DNA of 64,000 nt from an uncultured Anaeroplasmataceae bacterium (GCA_944325035.1 CALUYM010000002.1:7329-71328); one strand, 5' to 3'. Counted from the first letter of the stretch, positions 50,484 through 61,208 are shown. Translations and numbers: made by a program. The notes: generated by a model from the sequence alone, not told the origin.

Positions 50484-51189
50484 TTCTTTGACAAATGAAA
50501 GAGTAAAAAAAATAATAAAACTATATACACCTAAAGGTAGAAAAGAAGCTGGATTATTTGTAGTTGAAGGACCTCATTTGGTAAAAGAAGCGAAAGAAGC
50601 TGGACTTTTAGTTGAAGCATATACAACAAGTGATAAATATGAAGGTGAATTGGTTAGTGTTGAGGTTATGAAAAAAATTTGTAAAACAGATACACCAACT
50701 GCTCAAATTGGAGTTTGTAAATTAACGGACAAGCATGAAATAAGTGATTTGATTTTAGTACTAGACGGAATCCAAGACCCGGGGAATTTAGGGACTTTAA
50801 TGCGTAGTGCTAAGGCATTTGGTTTTGAGACAATTTTCTTAGCAGATAAAACTGTTGATATTTATAATGATAAGGCTATTCGTTCTAGTCAAGGTGCTAT
50901 CTTTAAATTGAATTTTATTTATGGAAATAAAATAGATTTTATAAATCAAATTAATAAGACACACCATATTTTTTCAACTAATGTTTCAAAAGGATATTCT
51001 GTTGAAGCTGTCCAACCTTTTAAAAAGTTTGTCTTAATTCTGGGAAATGAAGGAAATGGAGTAAGTCAAGAGATTAATGACTTAGAATTAGAAAATCTTT
51101 ATATTCCTATAATAAATACTGAAAGTTTAAATGTTTCTGTAGCTGGAGCTATTTTAATGTATGAATTAGCAAAAAAGACTCTTAAATAG
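50476..51189 (+). CDS. TrmH/SpoU family RNA methyltransferase
   Basis: SPOUT motifs DPGNLGTLMRSA, ILGNEGNGVS and LNVSVAGAILMYE. Confidence 0.8.
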   Translation: MISSLTNERVKKIIKLYTPKGRKEAGLFVVEGPHLVKEAKEAGLLVEAYTTSDKYEGELVSVEVMKKICKTDTPTAQIGVCKLTDKHEISDLILVLDGIQDPGNLGTLMRSAKAFGFETIFLADKTVDIYNDKAIRSSQGAIFKLNFIYGNKIDFINQINKTHHIFSTNVSKGYSVEAVQPFKKFVLILGNEGNGVSQEINDLELENLYIPIINTESLNVSVAGAILMYELAKKTLK

Positions 51190-51342
51190 CTTAAAAAGTA
51201 AACTCTCTTATTAAGAGAATCGCTTTATGTAAATTCTACTTTACATAATTTATAATAGAGAGTCCAATTTGGTTGACTCTCTATTAGTTTAGGCATATAC
51301 TCCATATGACTTAAAAAAGTTAAAATGTTAGTGGAGGATTTT

Positions 51343-52521
51343 ATGAATAAGATATCAATTATTATTCCTTTTTATAATAGCGCTAAAACAATTGAAAAAT
51401 GTTTAAAAAGTGTTTTAGCACAAACATATACTAATTTTGAAGCCATTTTAGTTAATGATGGTGGAGTAGATGGTTCACTTGAACTAGTTAAAGATTATGC
51501 AAAAAATGACTCGCGTATTATAGTATTGGATAAACCACATACTGGAGTATCAGATACAAGAAATTATGGGATTAAGCATGCAATAGGTGATTATATTCAA
51601 TTTTTAGATTCAGATGATTATATTGAGCCTAATATGTTTTCAAGAATGTTAGAAGAAGCTTTAAAACATGATGCTGATGTTGTTGTATGCAATTATACAC
51701 ATCCATCTATAAAGAACTATTTAGGTGATTGTGTTTTAGATACAACTAATAAAGCTGATGTTTTAAAGTATTGCCAAGTAACATTTGGCATCGTAGTACC
51801 ATGGAATAAATTATATAAACGTTCAGTAATCACAGATTTATATGATAAAAACGTAGCATTTTGTGAAGATGATTTATTTGCCTTGACTAATTTAAAAAAT
51901 ATCAAAAAAATTGTAAGTATTTCTGATAAATTATATCATTACTATGTAGCACCAGCTGATACTTCTTTAGAAGAATCTAGCTGCATTAATAAGATGGCTA
52001 AAGCACCAGATTTCTGGAAAACAAAGAATACATATTGGTACATGCGCCGTCCACTTGTAGAAAAGAGTTATCATTCTTTAAAAACGCATTTGGATCATGA
52101 AACGGCTCTTGATTGTGCATATGCTCGCATGTTTGATTTTATGATTTGGGAACTTTTAATTATGCATCAAATTGGTGCTGATGAAAAAGGTCTTATTTAT
52201 GAAATGCAGGATATCTTTAAAGAAAAGGAATTTTTATTAAGTCTTAACTTAAGAAAACGTTATGGTCTTAAGCCTAAGAAGTATAGTGATGAAGAAATGA
52301 AAGAAAAAGTTGAGGAATTCGTTACGAAATGTTTTACGATATCTAGAAAATCACATGAGGAAAATGATTTTAAAGCATTCTATTGTTGCCTATATTTATT
52401 CGTAGATACATTTATGGAAGAATGTGGAGAATTAGATACGAGTGACCTTTTAACTAGAGCATATTATGAATACCAAACAATGCAAAATGATGAAATACAT
52501 TTCGCAAGAAACTTAGCATAA
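51343..52521 (+). CDS. Family 2 glycosyltransferase with a long C-terminal extension
   Basis: ISIIIPFYNSAKTIEKCLKSVLAQTY, VNDGGVDGS and a DSDD motif. ATG 51343 follows GGAGGA. Confidence 0.8.
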   Translation: MNKISIIIPFYNSAKTIEKCLKSVLAQTYTNFEAILVNDGGVDGSLELVKDYAKNDSRIIVLDKPHTGVSDTRNYGIKHAIGDYIQFLDSDDYIEPNMFSRMLEEALKHDADVVVCNYTHPSIKNYLGDCVLDTTNKADVLKYCQVTFGIVVPWNKLYKRSVITDLYDKNVAFCEDDLFALTNLKNIKKIVSISDKLYHYYVAPADTSLEESSCINKMAKAPDFWKTKNTYWYMRRPLVEKSYHSLKTHLDHETALDCAYARMFDFMIWELLIMHQIGADEKGLIYEMQDIFKEKEFLLSLNLRKRYGLKPKKYSDEEMKEKVEEFVTKCFTISRKSHEENDFKAFYCCLYLFVDTFMEECGELDTSDLLTRAYYEYQTMQNDEIHFARNLA

Positions 52522-52653
52522 GAGGATTATTCCTCTTTTTTTTCTAGCTAAATATAATATATTATTCAATTACTGCATTATGGTTTGAAATTTAATCGTA
52601 GTTTCATTTACAAAAATTTAAAAGTTTGGTATAATTCAAAATGGTGATAATTT

Positions 52654-53589
52654 ATGGAAGATAAAGACTTAATGGAGTTATTCCATGATGTATTAGAAGA
52701 GTCAATTGTTTTTCTTTATGATAAATTACACTTAAAATATTTCGACTTATTTTTTGAAAGTGCTAAAAATATCTTAGAAGGTGAAGTTCAAACTGATTTA
52801 TCTGATGAAGATATTATTGCGCTTGATAAAATTTACGAACCAATTCGTGATTTGGATTTAAATGTTGAACAGATTCGTAAAGCATTACAAGCGATTGTTT
52901 TAAGAGGATTTAAGGAACAACAAATTAATAATGGCAATATGACACCGGATACTATTGGAATGATTTTTGCTTATGTGGTCTCAAAGTTTGAGCCAAAAAA
53001 ACGCGCCGTTAAAATTCTTGATCCGCTTGCAGGAGCTGGAAATTTGTTATTCACAATTATAAATCACCTAGAATTAGATATTGATGCTTATGCTGTTGAA
53101 CATAATCAATTAATGGTTAATATATTAAAAACACTAGCTGATTTAATGAATCAACCAGTTAATATCTATTTTCAAAATACATTAAATACTAAATTTAGTG
53201 ATATGGATTTTATTGTTTGTGATTTTGACTATTCACAGGTAACTGATTACAAATATTTTCCATATGAATGTATCAAGCATCATCTTTTAAGTTTAAAAGA
53301 TGAAGGTGTAATGATTGCACTTATTCCAAATGACTTCTTTGATTATGACAAAGACCAAACATTTAAAAAAGAGATTAATCAGACATGTTCAATAATTGGT
53401 TTGATTGAACTTCCGGATGAAATGTTTAAAATTGAAAAGAAAAGTATTGTTCTAATTCAAAAGAAAGTATATGAGAATAAGAAATGTTTAATGGTCAAAC
53501 TACCAAGTTTTTCTGATGCAAAGAGTTTTAATCAAGCTCTAATGCAAATTGAAACGTGGTTTGAAACTAATAAAATTATTAAGAAGTGA
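52654..53589 (+). CDS. Class I SAM-dependent methyltransferase (YtxK-like)
   Basis: SAM-binding motif ILDPLAGAGNLL. It sits immediately upstream of ackA, as ytxK does in Bacillus (from memory). Confidence 0.6.
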   Translation: MEDKDLMELFHDVLEESIVFLYDKLHLKYFDLFFESAKNILEGEVQTDLSDEDIIALDKIYEPIRDLDLNVEQIRKALQAIVLRGFKEQQINNGNMTPDTIGMIFAYVVSKFEPKKRAVKILDPLAGAGNLLFTIINHLELDIDAYAVEHNQLMVNILKTLADLMNQPVNIYFQNTLNTKFSDMDFIVCDFDYSQVTDYKYFPYECIKHHLLSLKDEGVMIALIPNDFFDYDKDQTFKKEINQTCSIIGLIELPDEMFKIEKKSIVLIQKKVYENKKCLMVKLPSFSDAKSFNQALMQIETWFETNKIIKK

Positions 53590-53599
53590 GGAAATTATA

Positions 53600-54814
53600 A
53601 TGTCTAAAATTATGGCTGTTAATGCTGGTTCTAGTTCAATCAAGTTCCAATTACTTGAAATGCCAGCAGAAGAAGTAATTGCATCAGGGGTTATGGAAAG
53701 AATCGGTCTTGAGCAAGGTATCTTTACAATTAAGTATATTAAGAACGGAGAAAAGGTAAAAGAAGAAACTAATCCAGTTTTACCTACTCATGCTGAAGGT
53801 GTTGAATTATTACTTAACTCTTTACTTGAAAAAAATATCGTTAAAGATTTAAAAGAAATCGTAGGTGTTGGTCACCGTGTTGTTCAAGGTGGAGAATTCT
53901 TTAAGGACTCTTGCTTAATCGATGGACCAGATGGTGTAGTTATCAACAAGATTTTAGAACTTGCTGATTTAGCTCCTCTTCATAACCGTGCACACGTAAT
54001 CGGTATACGTGCATTCATGAAAGTTTTACCAGATGTACCTGAAGTTGCAGTATTTGATACTACATTCCATCAAACAATGGAAGAAGAAGCTTATATGTAT
54101 GCAACACCATATGAATGGTATACAAAGTATGGAATTCGTAAGTATGGTGCTCATGGTACAAGCCATCAATATGTATCTCAAAGATGTGCAGAAATTATGA
54201 ATAAGCCATTAGAAGATACAAAAATTATTGTATGTCACTTAGGTAATGGTGCATCAATTTCTGCAGTTAAGGGCGGAAAATGTATCGATACTTCAATGGG
54301 ACTTACACCACTTGAAGGTATTCCAATGGGAACACGTTCTGGAAACATTGACCCAACTGCATTAGAAGTAGTTGCTAAGCATGAAGGAGCATCACTTTCT
54401 GAATTAATTAATACTTTAAATAAAAAATCAGGTCTTTTAGGTATGGGTGGACGCACTAATGATGCCCGTGATGTTACAGCTGGTGCTAACGAAGGTGATC
54501 ATCGTTGTATTATGGCATTCAATGTTCAAGCTAAACGTATTGTTGACTATATTGCTTCATACTATGTATATTTAGGTGGTTGTGATGCTATTTGCTTTAC
54601 AGCTGGTATGGGTGAAAACTTATGTCATTTAAGAGAAAAGATTTGTAATCGTCTTGGTGTTCTAGGAGTGAAGATTGATACTGAAGTTAATAATCAAACA
54701 TATGGTGTTGAGAAAGAACTATCTACTCCTGAATCTAAGATTAAGGTATATGTAGTACCTACAAATGAAGAAGTTATGATTGCTCGTGATGTTTGTCGTT
54801 TAGCAAATATCTAG
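53600..54814 (+). CDS. ackA: Acetate kinase
   Basis: MAVNAGSSSIKFQL, VGHRVVQGG, FDTTFHQTM, HLGNGASI and GTRSGNIDP. ATG 53600 follows GTGAGGA. Confidence 0.95.
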   Translation: MSKIMAVNAGSSSIKFQLLEMPAEEVIASGVMERIGLEQGIFTIKYIKNGEKVKEETNPVLPTHAEGVELLLNSLLEKNIVKDLKEIVGVGHRVVQGGEFFKDSCLIDGPDGVVINKILELADLAPLHNRAHVIGIRAFMKVLPDVPEVAVFDTTFHQTMEEEAYMYATPYEWYTKYGIRKYGAHGTSHQYVSQRCAEIMNKPLEDTKIIVCHLGNGASISAVKGGKCIDTSMGLTPLEGIPMGTRSGNIDPTALEVVAKHEGASLSELINTLNKKSGLLGMGGRTNDARDVTAGANEGDHRCIMAFNVQAKRIVDYIASYYVYLGGCDAICFTAGMGENLCHLREKICNRLGVLGVKIDTEVNNQTYGVEKELSTPESKIKVYVVPTNEEVMIARDVCRLANI

Positions 54815-54890
54815 TATAATTAAGCATTTAAGGATAAAACCTTGAATGCTTTTTTCATTATTTTTGACTTTTATACCATACTATTAATGG

Positions 54891-55685
54891 GTGATGATGT
54901 TGAAAAAAATAGTAGATTATTATAAAGAAATAAAAAAATATCGTATTTCTTCTTTAGCATCATCAGTTACATTCTTTTTTATTATTAATGGTGGTTCGCT
55001 TTTTTTCTTATTAGCATTAACTCTAAATTTATTTAACATCGAATTTAAAGAATATGTGTTAGAAGCAAATCAAACACTTAAGACTATCATTTTATATTTT
55101 GAAACAAATGCTAATATATATTATAGACCATTTTATTTTATTTTAACCATTACTTCGCTTTGGTCATCATCAACACTTTTTTATCACATAATAGGAGTTG
55201 GTGAATTAATTTATCAAAAAAAACGAAAAGCTTATCCTTTCTTTTATCGGCTTGTTTCGATATTATTTGTCTTTATTTTTATCGCATTGCTATTAATCGC
55301 TTTTATTGTTGCTGTTTTTACTAGCTATTTATTAATTCATTTAAAAAGTTTTTATTTGCGGTTGTGCTTAAGATTAATTTTATATCTAATTATTCCACTT
55401 TTTGTCATAAGTTTTTTTATGCTTTTTGTGCCTCCTATTCGACTTAAATTAAAGCAGGTTAAAAAAGGAATGTATTTTACATTAGTGTCATTTATTTTAA
55501 TAACTGTCGGTTTTCGAATTTATTTGGTTATTTTTGATAAGTATAAAGCAATTTATGGAGCTTTAACTTTTTTAATTATTGGTATGATTTATATTTATCT
55601 ACTGATTTATTTTTTGATTATTGGACTTCTAATTAATATGTTAGAAAATAGAAAAATAAAAGAAAAAAGTTTGGATAAAATATAA
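54891..55685 (+). CDS. YihY/BrkB family membrane protein
   Basis: The N-terminus LASSVTFFFIINGGSLFFLL and a 6-TM layout are consistent with the YihY family. Confidence 0.55.
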   Translation: MMMLKKIVDYYKEIKKYRISSLASSVTFFFIINGGSLFFLLALTLNLFNIEFKEYVLEANQTLKTIILYFETNANIYYRPFYFILTITSLWSSSTLFYHIIGVGELIYQKKRKAYPFFYRLVSILFVFIFIALLLIAFIVAVFTSYLLIHLKSFYLRLCLRLILYLIIPLFVISFFMLFVPPIRLKLKQVKKGMYFTLVSFILITVGFRIYLVIFDKYKAIYGALTFLIIGMIYIYLLIYFLIIGLLINMLENRKIKEKSLDKI

Positions 55686-55696
55686 ATGGTGATAAT

Positions 55697-56446
55697 ATGA
55701 AAAAAATCTTGATATTAATAAACACTATTCTTATTTGTTTATTTTTGACTTATAAAACAGACGCGTATAGTTTTGGAATTGGTAAAATAGAAAATAATTC
55801 TAGACCAAGTGCGGGTGTTTTTAAAAATATTATTGAAAAAAATAATGGGTTTTATATTGGAAAAGATGAACAAAGTGTGACATTGACTTTTGATTGTGGC
55901 TATGAAAATGGCTACACATCATCAATGCTAGATACGTTAAAGGAAAAAAATGTAAGTGGAACATTTTTTATTACAGGTCATTATTTAAATAGTGCAACTG
56001 ATTTAGTCAAAAGAATGATAGATGAAGGGCATATTGTAGCTAATCATACTGATAAACATGGTCATTTTACTAAACAATCGGCTTCTAAAACACTGGAAGA
56101 TGTAATTAGATTAGAAGCAATGTATGAACAAAAAATTGGTTCAAAAATGAGTAAATATTGTCGTCCACCAGCGGGAGAATTTACAGAAGAGAGTCTTTCA
56201 CTATTAAATAAAAATGGTTATATTCCCTCTTTTTGGTCGTTAGCTTATGTTGATTGGAATAAAGATGTGTTTCATGGCAATAATTATAGTTATAATGAAG
56301 TAATGAAGAGACTTCATAATGGGGCTGTAATTTTAATGCATACGGTAGGTAAAGATAATGCGGTTGATTTAGATAAAATAATTGATGGTATACGTGATAA
56401 GAATTATGAAATCAAAAGTTTAAAAAATTTAATCGAAGCTCGTTAA
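55697..56446 (+). CDS. Polysaccharide deacetylase (PdaA-like NodB domain), secreted
   Basis: Signal peptide, then LTFDCGYENGYT, TFFITGHYL, ANHTDKH and RPPAGE. Confidence 0.8.
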   Translation: MKKILILINTILICLFLTYKTDAYSFGIGKIENNSRPSAGVFKNIIEKNNGFYIGKDEQSVTLTFDCGYENGYTSSMLDTLKEKNVSGTFFITGHYLNSATDLVKRMIDEGHIVANHTDKHGHFTKQSASKTLEDVIRLEAMYEQKIGSKMSKYCRPPAGEFTEESLSLLNKNGYIPSFWSLAYVDWNKDVFHGNNYSYNEVMKRLHNGAVILMHTVGKDNAVDLDKIIDGIRDKNYEIKSLKNLIEAR

Positions 56447-56610
56447 TTTTCAATAATATAAGATTAATTTTTGTAAAAAATGGAAAAATCTTTTCCTAAA
56501 GGAAAGATTTTTTTTATTTACTACTATAATTTAATAAATAGCTATATGGTTTTTTAAAATAAATTATGATATAATGATAAACGCATAAATATGATAAGGA
56601 GTTGAGTTTA

Positions 56611-56844
56611 ATGAAAGATTTAGTAAAAGCAATCGAAGGTCTTCCTTGGATAGTAAAATTAATTTTTGTAATTTTCGCAGACATTTTAGCTAATATTTAT
56701 CGTCTTGCTAGATCAATTGCAAAAGGAAATGTCGTAGGAATTATTTTATCAGTAATTTTATTATTTACTGGTGGTTTCTTTGTTCTATGGATTTTCGACA
56801 TTATCTGGGTTCTTCTAGGACACGATGTTTGGTGGATTGACTAA
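56611..56844 (+). CDS. Small membrane protein (2 TM)
   Basis: ATG 9 nt after AAGGAG, with an extended -10 promoter upstream and a hairpin terminator downstream (AAGCTTAG/CTAAGCTT). Confidence 0.45.
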   Translation: MKDLVKAIEGLPWIVKLIFVIFADILANIYRLARSIAKGNVVGIILSVILLFTGGFFVLWIFDIIWVLLGHDVWWID

Positions 56845-57023
56845 TTTAAGTAAGCTTAGGAAACTAAGCTTTTTTTTCATATTATAAACTAATAACACAA
56901 GTTATATAATGTAATTAAGTTAAATATTTTATATTAATACTTCTAATTATAATATTCTTTTTTCTAGCTTTTAAATGACAATTATGATATAATGCATTTG
57001 AAATTTGAAGAGGAGGAATAAAT

Positions 57024-57332
57024 ATGGCAAAACATGAAGGGAAGGCATTTACTGTCAACTTTTTTGCATTCATAGCTATCGTATTAAATGCTATTGCGTG
57101 GATTTTTAATCTAATTTGTAATGCATTTAAATTAGAACTTTCAATTGGTGGAATGTCAGTAAATGGATTGTTAACTTCTATTTCTAGTTTAATTTTAACT
57201 TTTATAGTATTATACATGGCTTATGGGTATGCTAAAAAGCTTTCTAAAACTTGGCGTATTATTTACTGGGTAATTGCGATTATAAGTATTTTAGCTATTC
57301 TATTCGGTGTTGGCTTCAATTTTGCAAGATAA
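57024..57332 (+). CDS. Small membrane protein (3 TM)
   Basis: ATG after GAGGAGGA. It is a monocistronic unit with its own terminator. Confidence 0.5.
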   Translation: MAKHEGKAFTVNFFAFIAIVLNAIAWIFNLICNAFKLELSIGGMSVNGLLTSISSLILTFIVLYMAYGYAKKLSKTWRIIYWVIAIISILAILFGVGFNFAR

Positions 57333-57384
57333 TTTATAAAAGCTGTCTTAAGGCAGCTTTTTATTTATAAATGGTGGTGAAATA

Positions 57385-58572
57385 ATGATTAACCTTTTAA
57401 CTAAAATGTTTATAAAAAATAAAGAGGATATAAAAAATGATAAGGTGAGATCAGCTTATGGAACCTTAGCTTCAATTTTCGGAATCGTATCTAATTTAGT
57501 TGTATCAACAATGAAGTTGATTGTTGGTTTTATAACTAATACTATTTCAATTGTAGCTGATGGATTTAATAATTTATCAGATAGTTTGTCTTGTTTTGTA
57601 TCGTTGTTTGGCTTTAAGATGAGTCAAAAAAAAGCAGATAAAGAACATCCATATGGCCATCAAAGAATTGAATATATCGCTAGTTTTATCGTTTCAGTTA
57701 TAATTGTCGTGTTAGGAGTTCAATTGATTGGAAGTTCGATTGAAAAAATACGTTTTAAAGAAGAAGTAACTGATAAGTTTGTTTTAAATGTAGTTATATT
57801 GTCAATTGCTATTATTATAAAGCTGTATCAAAGTTATTTTAATTATAAAATTGGTAGAAAAATAAACTCTTTAGCATTAATTGCTACAGCTGCCGATTCT
57901 AGAAATGATGTCATTGCTACGAGTGCTGTATTAGTTGGTTTAATCATTTCTCATTTTTCTGGTTATAACTTAGATGGATATATTGGTCTTTTAGTAGGAC
58001 TTTTAATATGTTATTCTGGTTTTAAACTAGTATTTGAATCTGCTAGTCCATTAATAGGGGAAGCACCTAATTTAGAATTGATCCAAGATTTAAAAAATAC
58101 TATTTTAGAAAGTGAATTAATAATTGGTGTTCATAACTTACAAATTCATAGTTATGGCCCATCTATAAACTTTGCAAGTTGCGATGTTGAAGTAGATTCT
58201 AATCTTGATTTAATTACTGTTCATGAAGAAATTGATAATATTGAATCTATTTGCCGTCAAAGATATCAAATAAAATTAACAATGCACGTTGATCCTGTTT
58301 TGGTTGGAGATAAAAACACTCAAGAATATAAAGATTTTATTTTGTCTCTTTTAAATCAAACGTTTAATTTTAAGTGCATGGTATTAGATTTTAGAGTCGG
58401 AATGAAATCTAGTGGGACTAAAATTAATTTTAATTTAGTTGTTCCATATGATATTAAATTGAGTGATGAAGAAATAGTTAATATTTTAAAAGAAAAAGTT
58501 ATGGAAAAAGATAGTAAAATTGAACTTTTGGTTTATATTGATCATAATTATACGGATTCAATTGAACTTTAA
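57385..58572 (+). CDS. Cation diffusion facilitator (CDF) family transporter
   Basis: TM2 ADGFNNLSD and TM5 ADSRNDV metal-site motifs, plus a C-terminal cytoplasmic domain. Confidence 0.85.
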   Translation: MINLLTKMFIKNKEDIKNDKVRSAYGTLASIFGIVSNLVVSTMKLIVGFITNTISIVADGFNNLSDSLSCFVSLFGFKMSQKKADKEHPYGHQRIEYIASFIVSVIIVVLGVQLIGSSIEKIRFKEEVTDKFVLNVVILSIAIIIKLYQSYFNYKIGRKINSLALIATAADSRNDVIATSAVLVGLIISHFSGYNLDGYIGLLVGLLICYSGFKLVFESASPLIGEAPNLELIQDLKNTILESELIIGVHNLQIHSYGPSINFASCDVEVDSNLDLITVHEEIDNIESICRQRYQIKLTMHVDPVLVGDKNTQEYKDFILSLLNQTFNFKCMVLDFRVGMKSSGTKINFNLVVPYDIKLSDEEIVNILKEKVMEKDSKIELLVYIDHNYTDSIEL

Positions 58573-58688
58573 TAAAATACTGATTAATAGCGAAAAATTT
58601 CGTACTATATTAATCAGTTTTTATATGCTATAATTAAGTGTAATATTTAAGTTTTAATCAAAACTTAATTTAGAAAATGAGGTCTAAT

Positions 58689-60041
58689 ATGCAAACAGAT
58701 TTAAGAGAAAATGATGAAATAATTGTCGATATCAAACGCTTAGGAATAAATGGAGAAGGTATCGCTTTTTATAAAAAATTAGCTATTTTTGTAGAAGGAG
58801 CACTACCAGGTGAAGGTGTTAATGTCAAAATTACCAAAATTTTGAAAAATATGGCTTTTGCAGAAGTTATAGATTTTAAACATATATCAAAAGATAGAGT
58901 AGAACCTAAATGTGGTTATTATGAAAAATGTGGTGCATGCCAAGTAATGCACGTTAACTATAATAAAATGCTTGAATATAAACGTGAATTAGTAATCGAA
59001 TCTATTGCACGCTATACAAAATTAAATCCAAGAAGTTTTGAAATTCATAAGACTATTGGAATGGATAATCCTTATGGATATCGCTTTAAATCAAGTCTTC
59101 CTTTAAGACATAATGAAAAAACGAGTGTTGGTATAATTAAAGCTAATACAAATATTGTAGTACCAATTGATTTTTGTTTAAATCAAAATGATATAATCAA
59201 TAATATTAATAAAGAAGTATGTAAATTGATTGATAAGTTTGGGATTGAGGTATATGACCATAAAGAGAATAAAGGGTTAATTCGTTATATTGTAGTACGT
59301 GTTTCTCACTATAATAAGGAAGCTCAAGTTACTTTGGTTGTATCAAAGAAGGGATTTAATTTAAAACCAATTGCGAAAGAAATAATGAAGATTTCTCATG
59401 TCGTTGGTGTATTTGAATCTTACAATGATGGAGAAGGAGTATCTATTTTTGGTACTACTAAAAAGTTAGATGGAAAAGATACTATTACAGAGACAATTGG
59501 TTCATATAAATTTGAGTTAGGTCCAGATACGTTCTTCCAATTAAATCCAATTCAAACTGAAAAGTTATATGAAGTTGTAAAAAAAGCAACGAAGTTATCG
59601 ATGAAAGAAACTGTACTAGATTTATATTGTGGTGTTGGAACAATAGGTATTTATTTATCGAAATTTGCTAAAGAGATTATTGGTATAGAAACCAATGAGA
59701 TTTCAATTGAAAATGCAAAAACTAATGCAGTTATTAATAAAGTAAGAAATGCTAGTTTCTATGCAGGTAGTGTTGATGATATTCTTCCTAAAGTTTTACG
59801 TGAAAAACAAGTTGATGTTTTAGTTTGTGATCCACCTCGAACAGGATTAGGTGAATATGTGGCTAAAACAATTGTTAAAAGTCAAGCCAAGCAAGTTGTA
59901 TATGTTTCATGTAATCCTGCTACATTAGCTAAGGATTTAGCTATCCTTAGTGAAAAATATCATGTTAAATGGATTCAACCTGTTGATATGTTCCCTAATA
60001 CTAGTCATGTTGAGTGTGTGTGCTCGCTATCTCTAAAATAG
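58689..60041 (+). CDS. rlmD: 23S rRNA (uracil-C5)-methyltransferase RlmD/RumA family (TRAM, Fe-S cysteines and SAM MTase domains)
   Basis: TRAM domain at the N-terminus, a Cys cluster CGYYEKCGACQ, FFQLNP, LDLYCGVGTIG, DPPRTG and SCNPATLAKD. Confidence 0.85.
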   Translation: MQTDLRENDEIIVDIKRLGINGEGIAFYKKLAIFVEGALPGEGVNVKITKILKNMAFAEVIDFKHISKDRVEPKCGYYEKCGACQVMHVNYNKMLEYKRELVIESIARYTKLNPRSFEIHKTIGMDNPYGYRFKSSLPLRHNEKTSVGIIKANTNIVVPIDFCLNQNDIINNINKEVCKLIDKFGIEVYDHKENKGLIRYIVVRVSHYNKEAQVTLVVSKKGFNLKPIAKEIMKISHVVGVFESYNDGEGVSIFGTTKKLDGKDTITETIGSYKFELGPDTFFQLNPIQTEKLYEVVKKATKLSMKETVLDLYCGVGTIGIYLSKFAKEIIGIETNEISIENAKTNAVINKVRNASFYAGSVDDILPKVLREKQVDVLVCDPPRTGLGEYVAKTIVKSQAKQVVYVSCNPATLAKDLAILSEKYHVKWIQPVDMFPNTSHVECVCSLSLK

Positions 60042-60155
60042 GCTAAAAATAGTAAAAAATAGGACAAAAAAGAGGAATTTACTGTATCTGATATTTGGCA
60101 TAGTGATTATGCTAGAGAAAATGTTATTGCTATTTTTTCTAAGCCTGATCCAGAG

Positions 60156-61004
60156 TTGAAAGCAGTCAATGAATATGATAAATATTTTGGTCAACCAATA
60201 AAACTGTTGGGATATAGTAAAATTCTGAATGTAAGAAAAGAGAAAAATAGGTATTATTATTCAATAAACAATAGAGAATTATTGGATAAAATTGCTTTAA
60301 GGCCGATGAATGCATTGAATTTCCTATATGAATATATTTGTAAAGTACTGTCTGATAGTGATTTGATGAATGACTTTACTAACTTTTTTAGTGTGCAGAA
60401 TAAAGAGGCATATAAAGATGTCAGAGATAGATTTATTCAATTTACTATTAATAATACCAATATAAATGGTGAAACCGAATGTGGAAGGATATTTACTAAA
60501 GTGATAAATCCTCTGGCTTTCAAATTAAGAAAACTAGGAACTGAAAAAGGAAGAATATCTAAAAATATAATCACTTTGAATGATTTACAATATAATCGTT
60601 CAAACTGGAGAGACGAACTTAGTGGTAAGGATAAGTCTGTAATAAGAACGGAACATGAACTTACAAATGCTCAATTGCAGGCAAAGGCATTAGCAACATA
60701 TACAGTAAATAAAGCGAAAAAAGCGATTCGCAAATTCAATGATTTGATGTTTGAAAGTAAATCTGAAGTATATCAAGCAACTGAAACTGTAAAAGCAACA
60801 CAAGCTCATCATATTTTTGCACAATCAGATTATCCTGATATTTCTGATTATGTAGAAAACTTGATTATGTTAACGCCAAATCAACATTTTACCATGGCAC
60901 ATCCTAATAATAATACTCAGTACATAGATAAGGATTTTCAGTATATCTGTTTAATTGCTAAGTCAACAAAGATTTATTCCAATTTAACGTCTGTTACTGA
61001 ATAA
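60156..61004 (+). pseudogene. HNH-motif nuclease gene, probably decayed (5'-truncated, premature TAA)
   Basis: HNH-like motif QAHHIF...ENLIMLTPNQHFTMAH. The frame is open from 60063 with no start codon before a weak TTG at 60156 and no RBS. After the TAA at 61002-61004 the same frame stays open for about 61 more codons, to about 61187. Confidence 0.45.
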
Positions 61005-61208
61005 AAATTTTATGATTTTGACGATTATAAATATGTACTTAATACAGGGCTAGAAACCGATGAGTTTTCTTATGTTGATTATCTAGATTTTGCTACTATA
61101 GTAGATAAAATTGACTATTTCTATGGAAATGAATTTGAAAATAATAAATATAATCATTTAATACAAGGGAATAGACTTGTAATATAAATACAAAGCGAGG
61201 AAGCAATT

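Noticed and set aside
52654-53589. Possibility that the SAM-dependent methyltransferase is an orphan DNA methylase, or the partner of the HNH nuclease at 60156.
   Set aside because: It lies immediately upstream of ackA, the position occupied by the conserved ytxK gene in Bacillus (from memory). I see no NPPY/DPPY catalytic motif, it is 6.5 kb and 7 genes away from the HNH ORF, and it lies outside the putative island.
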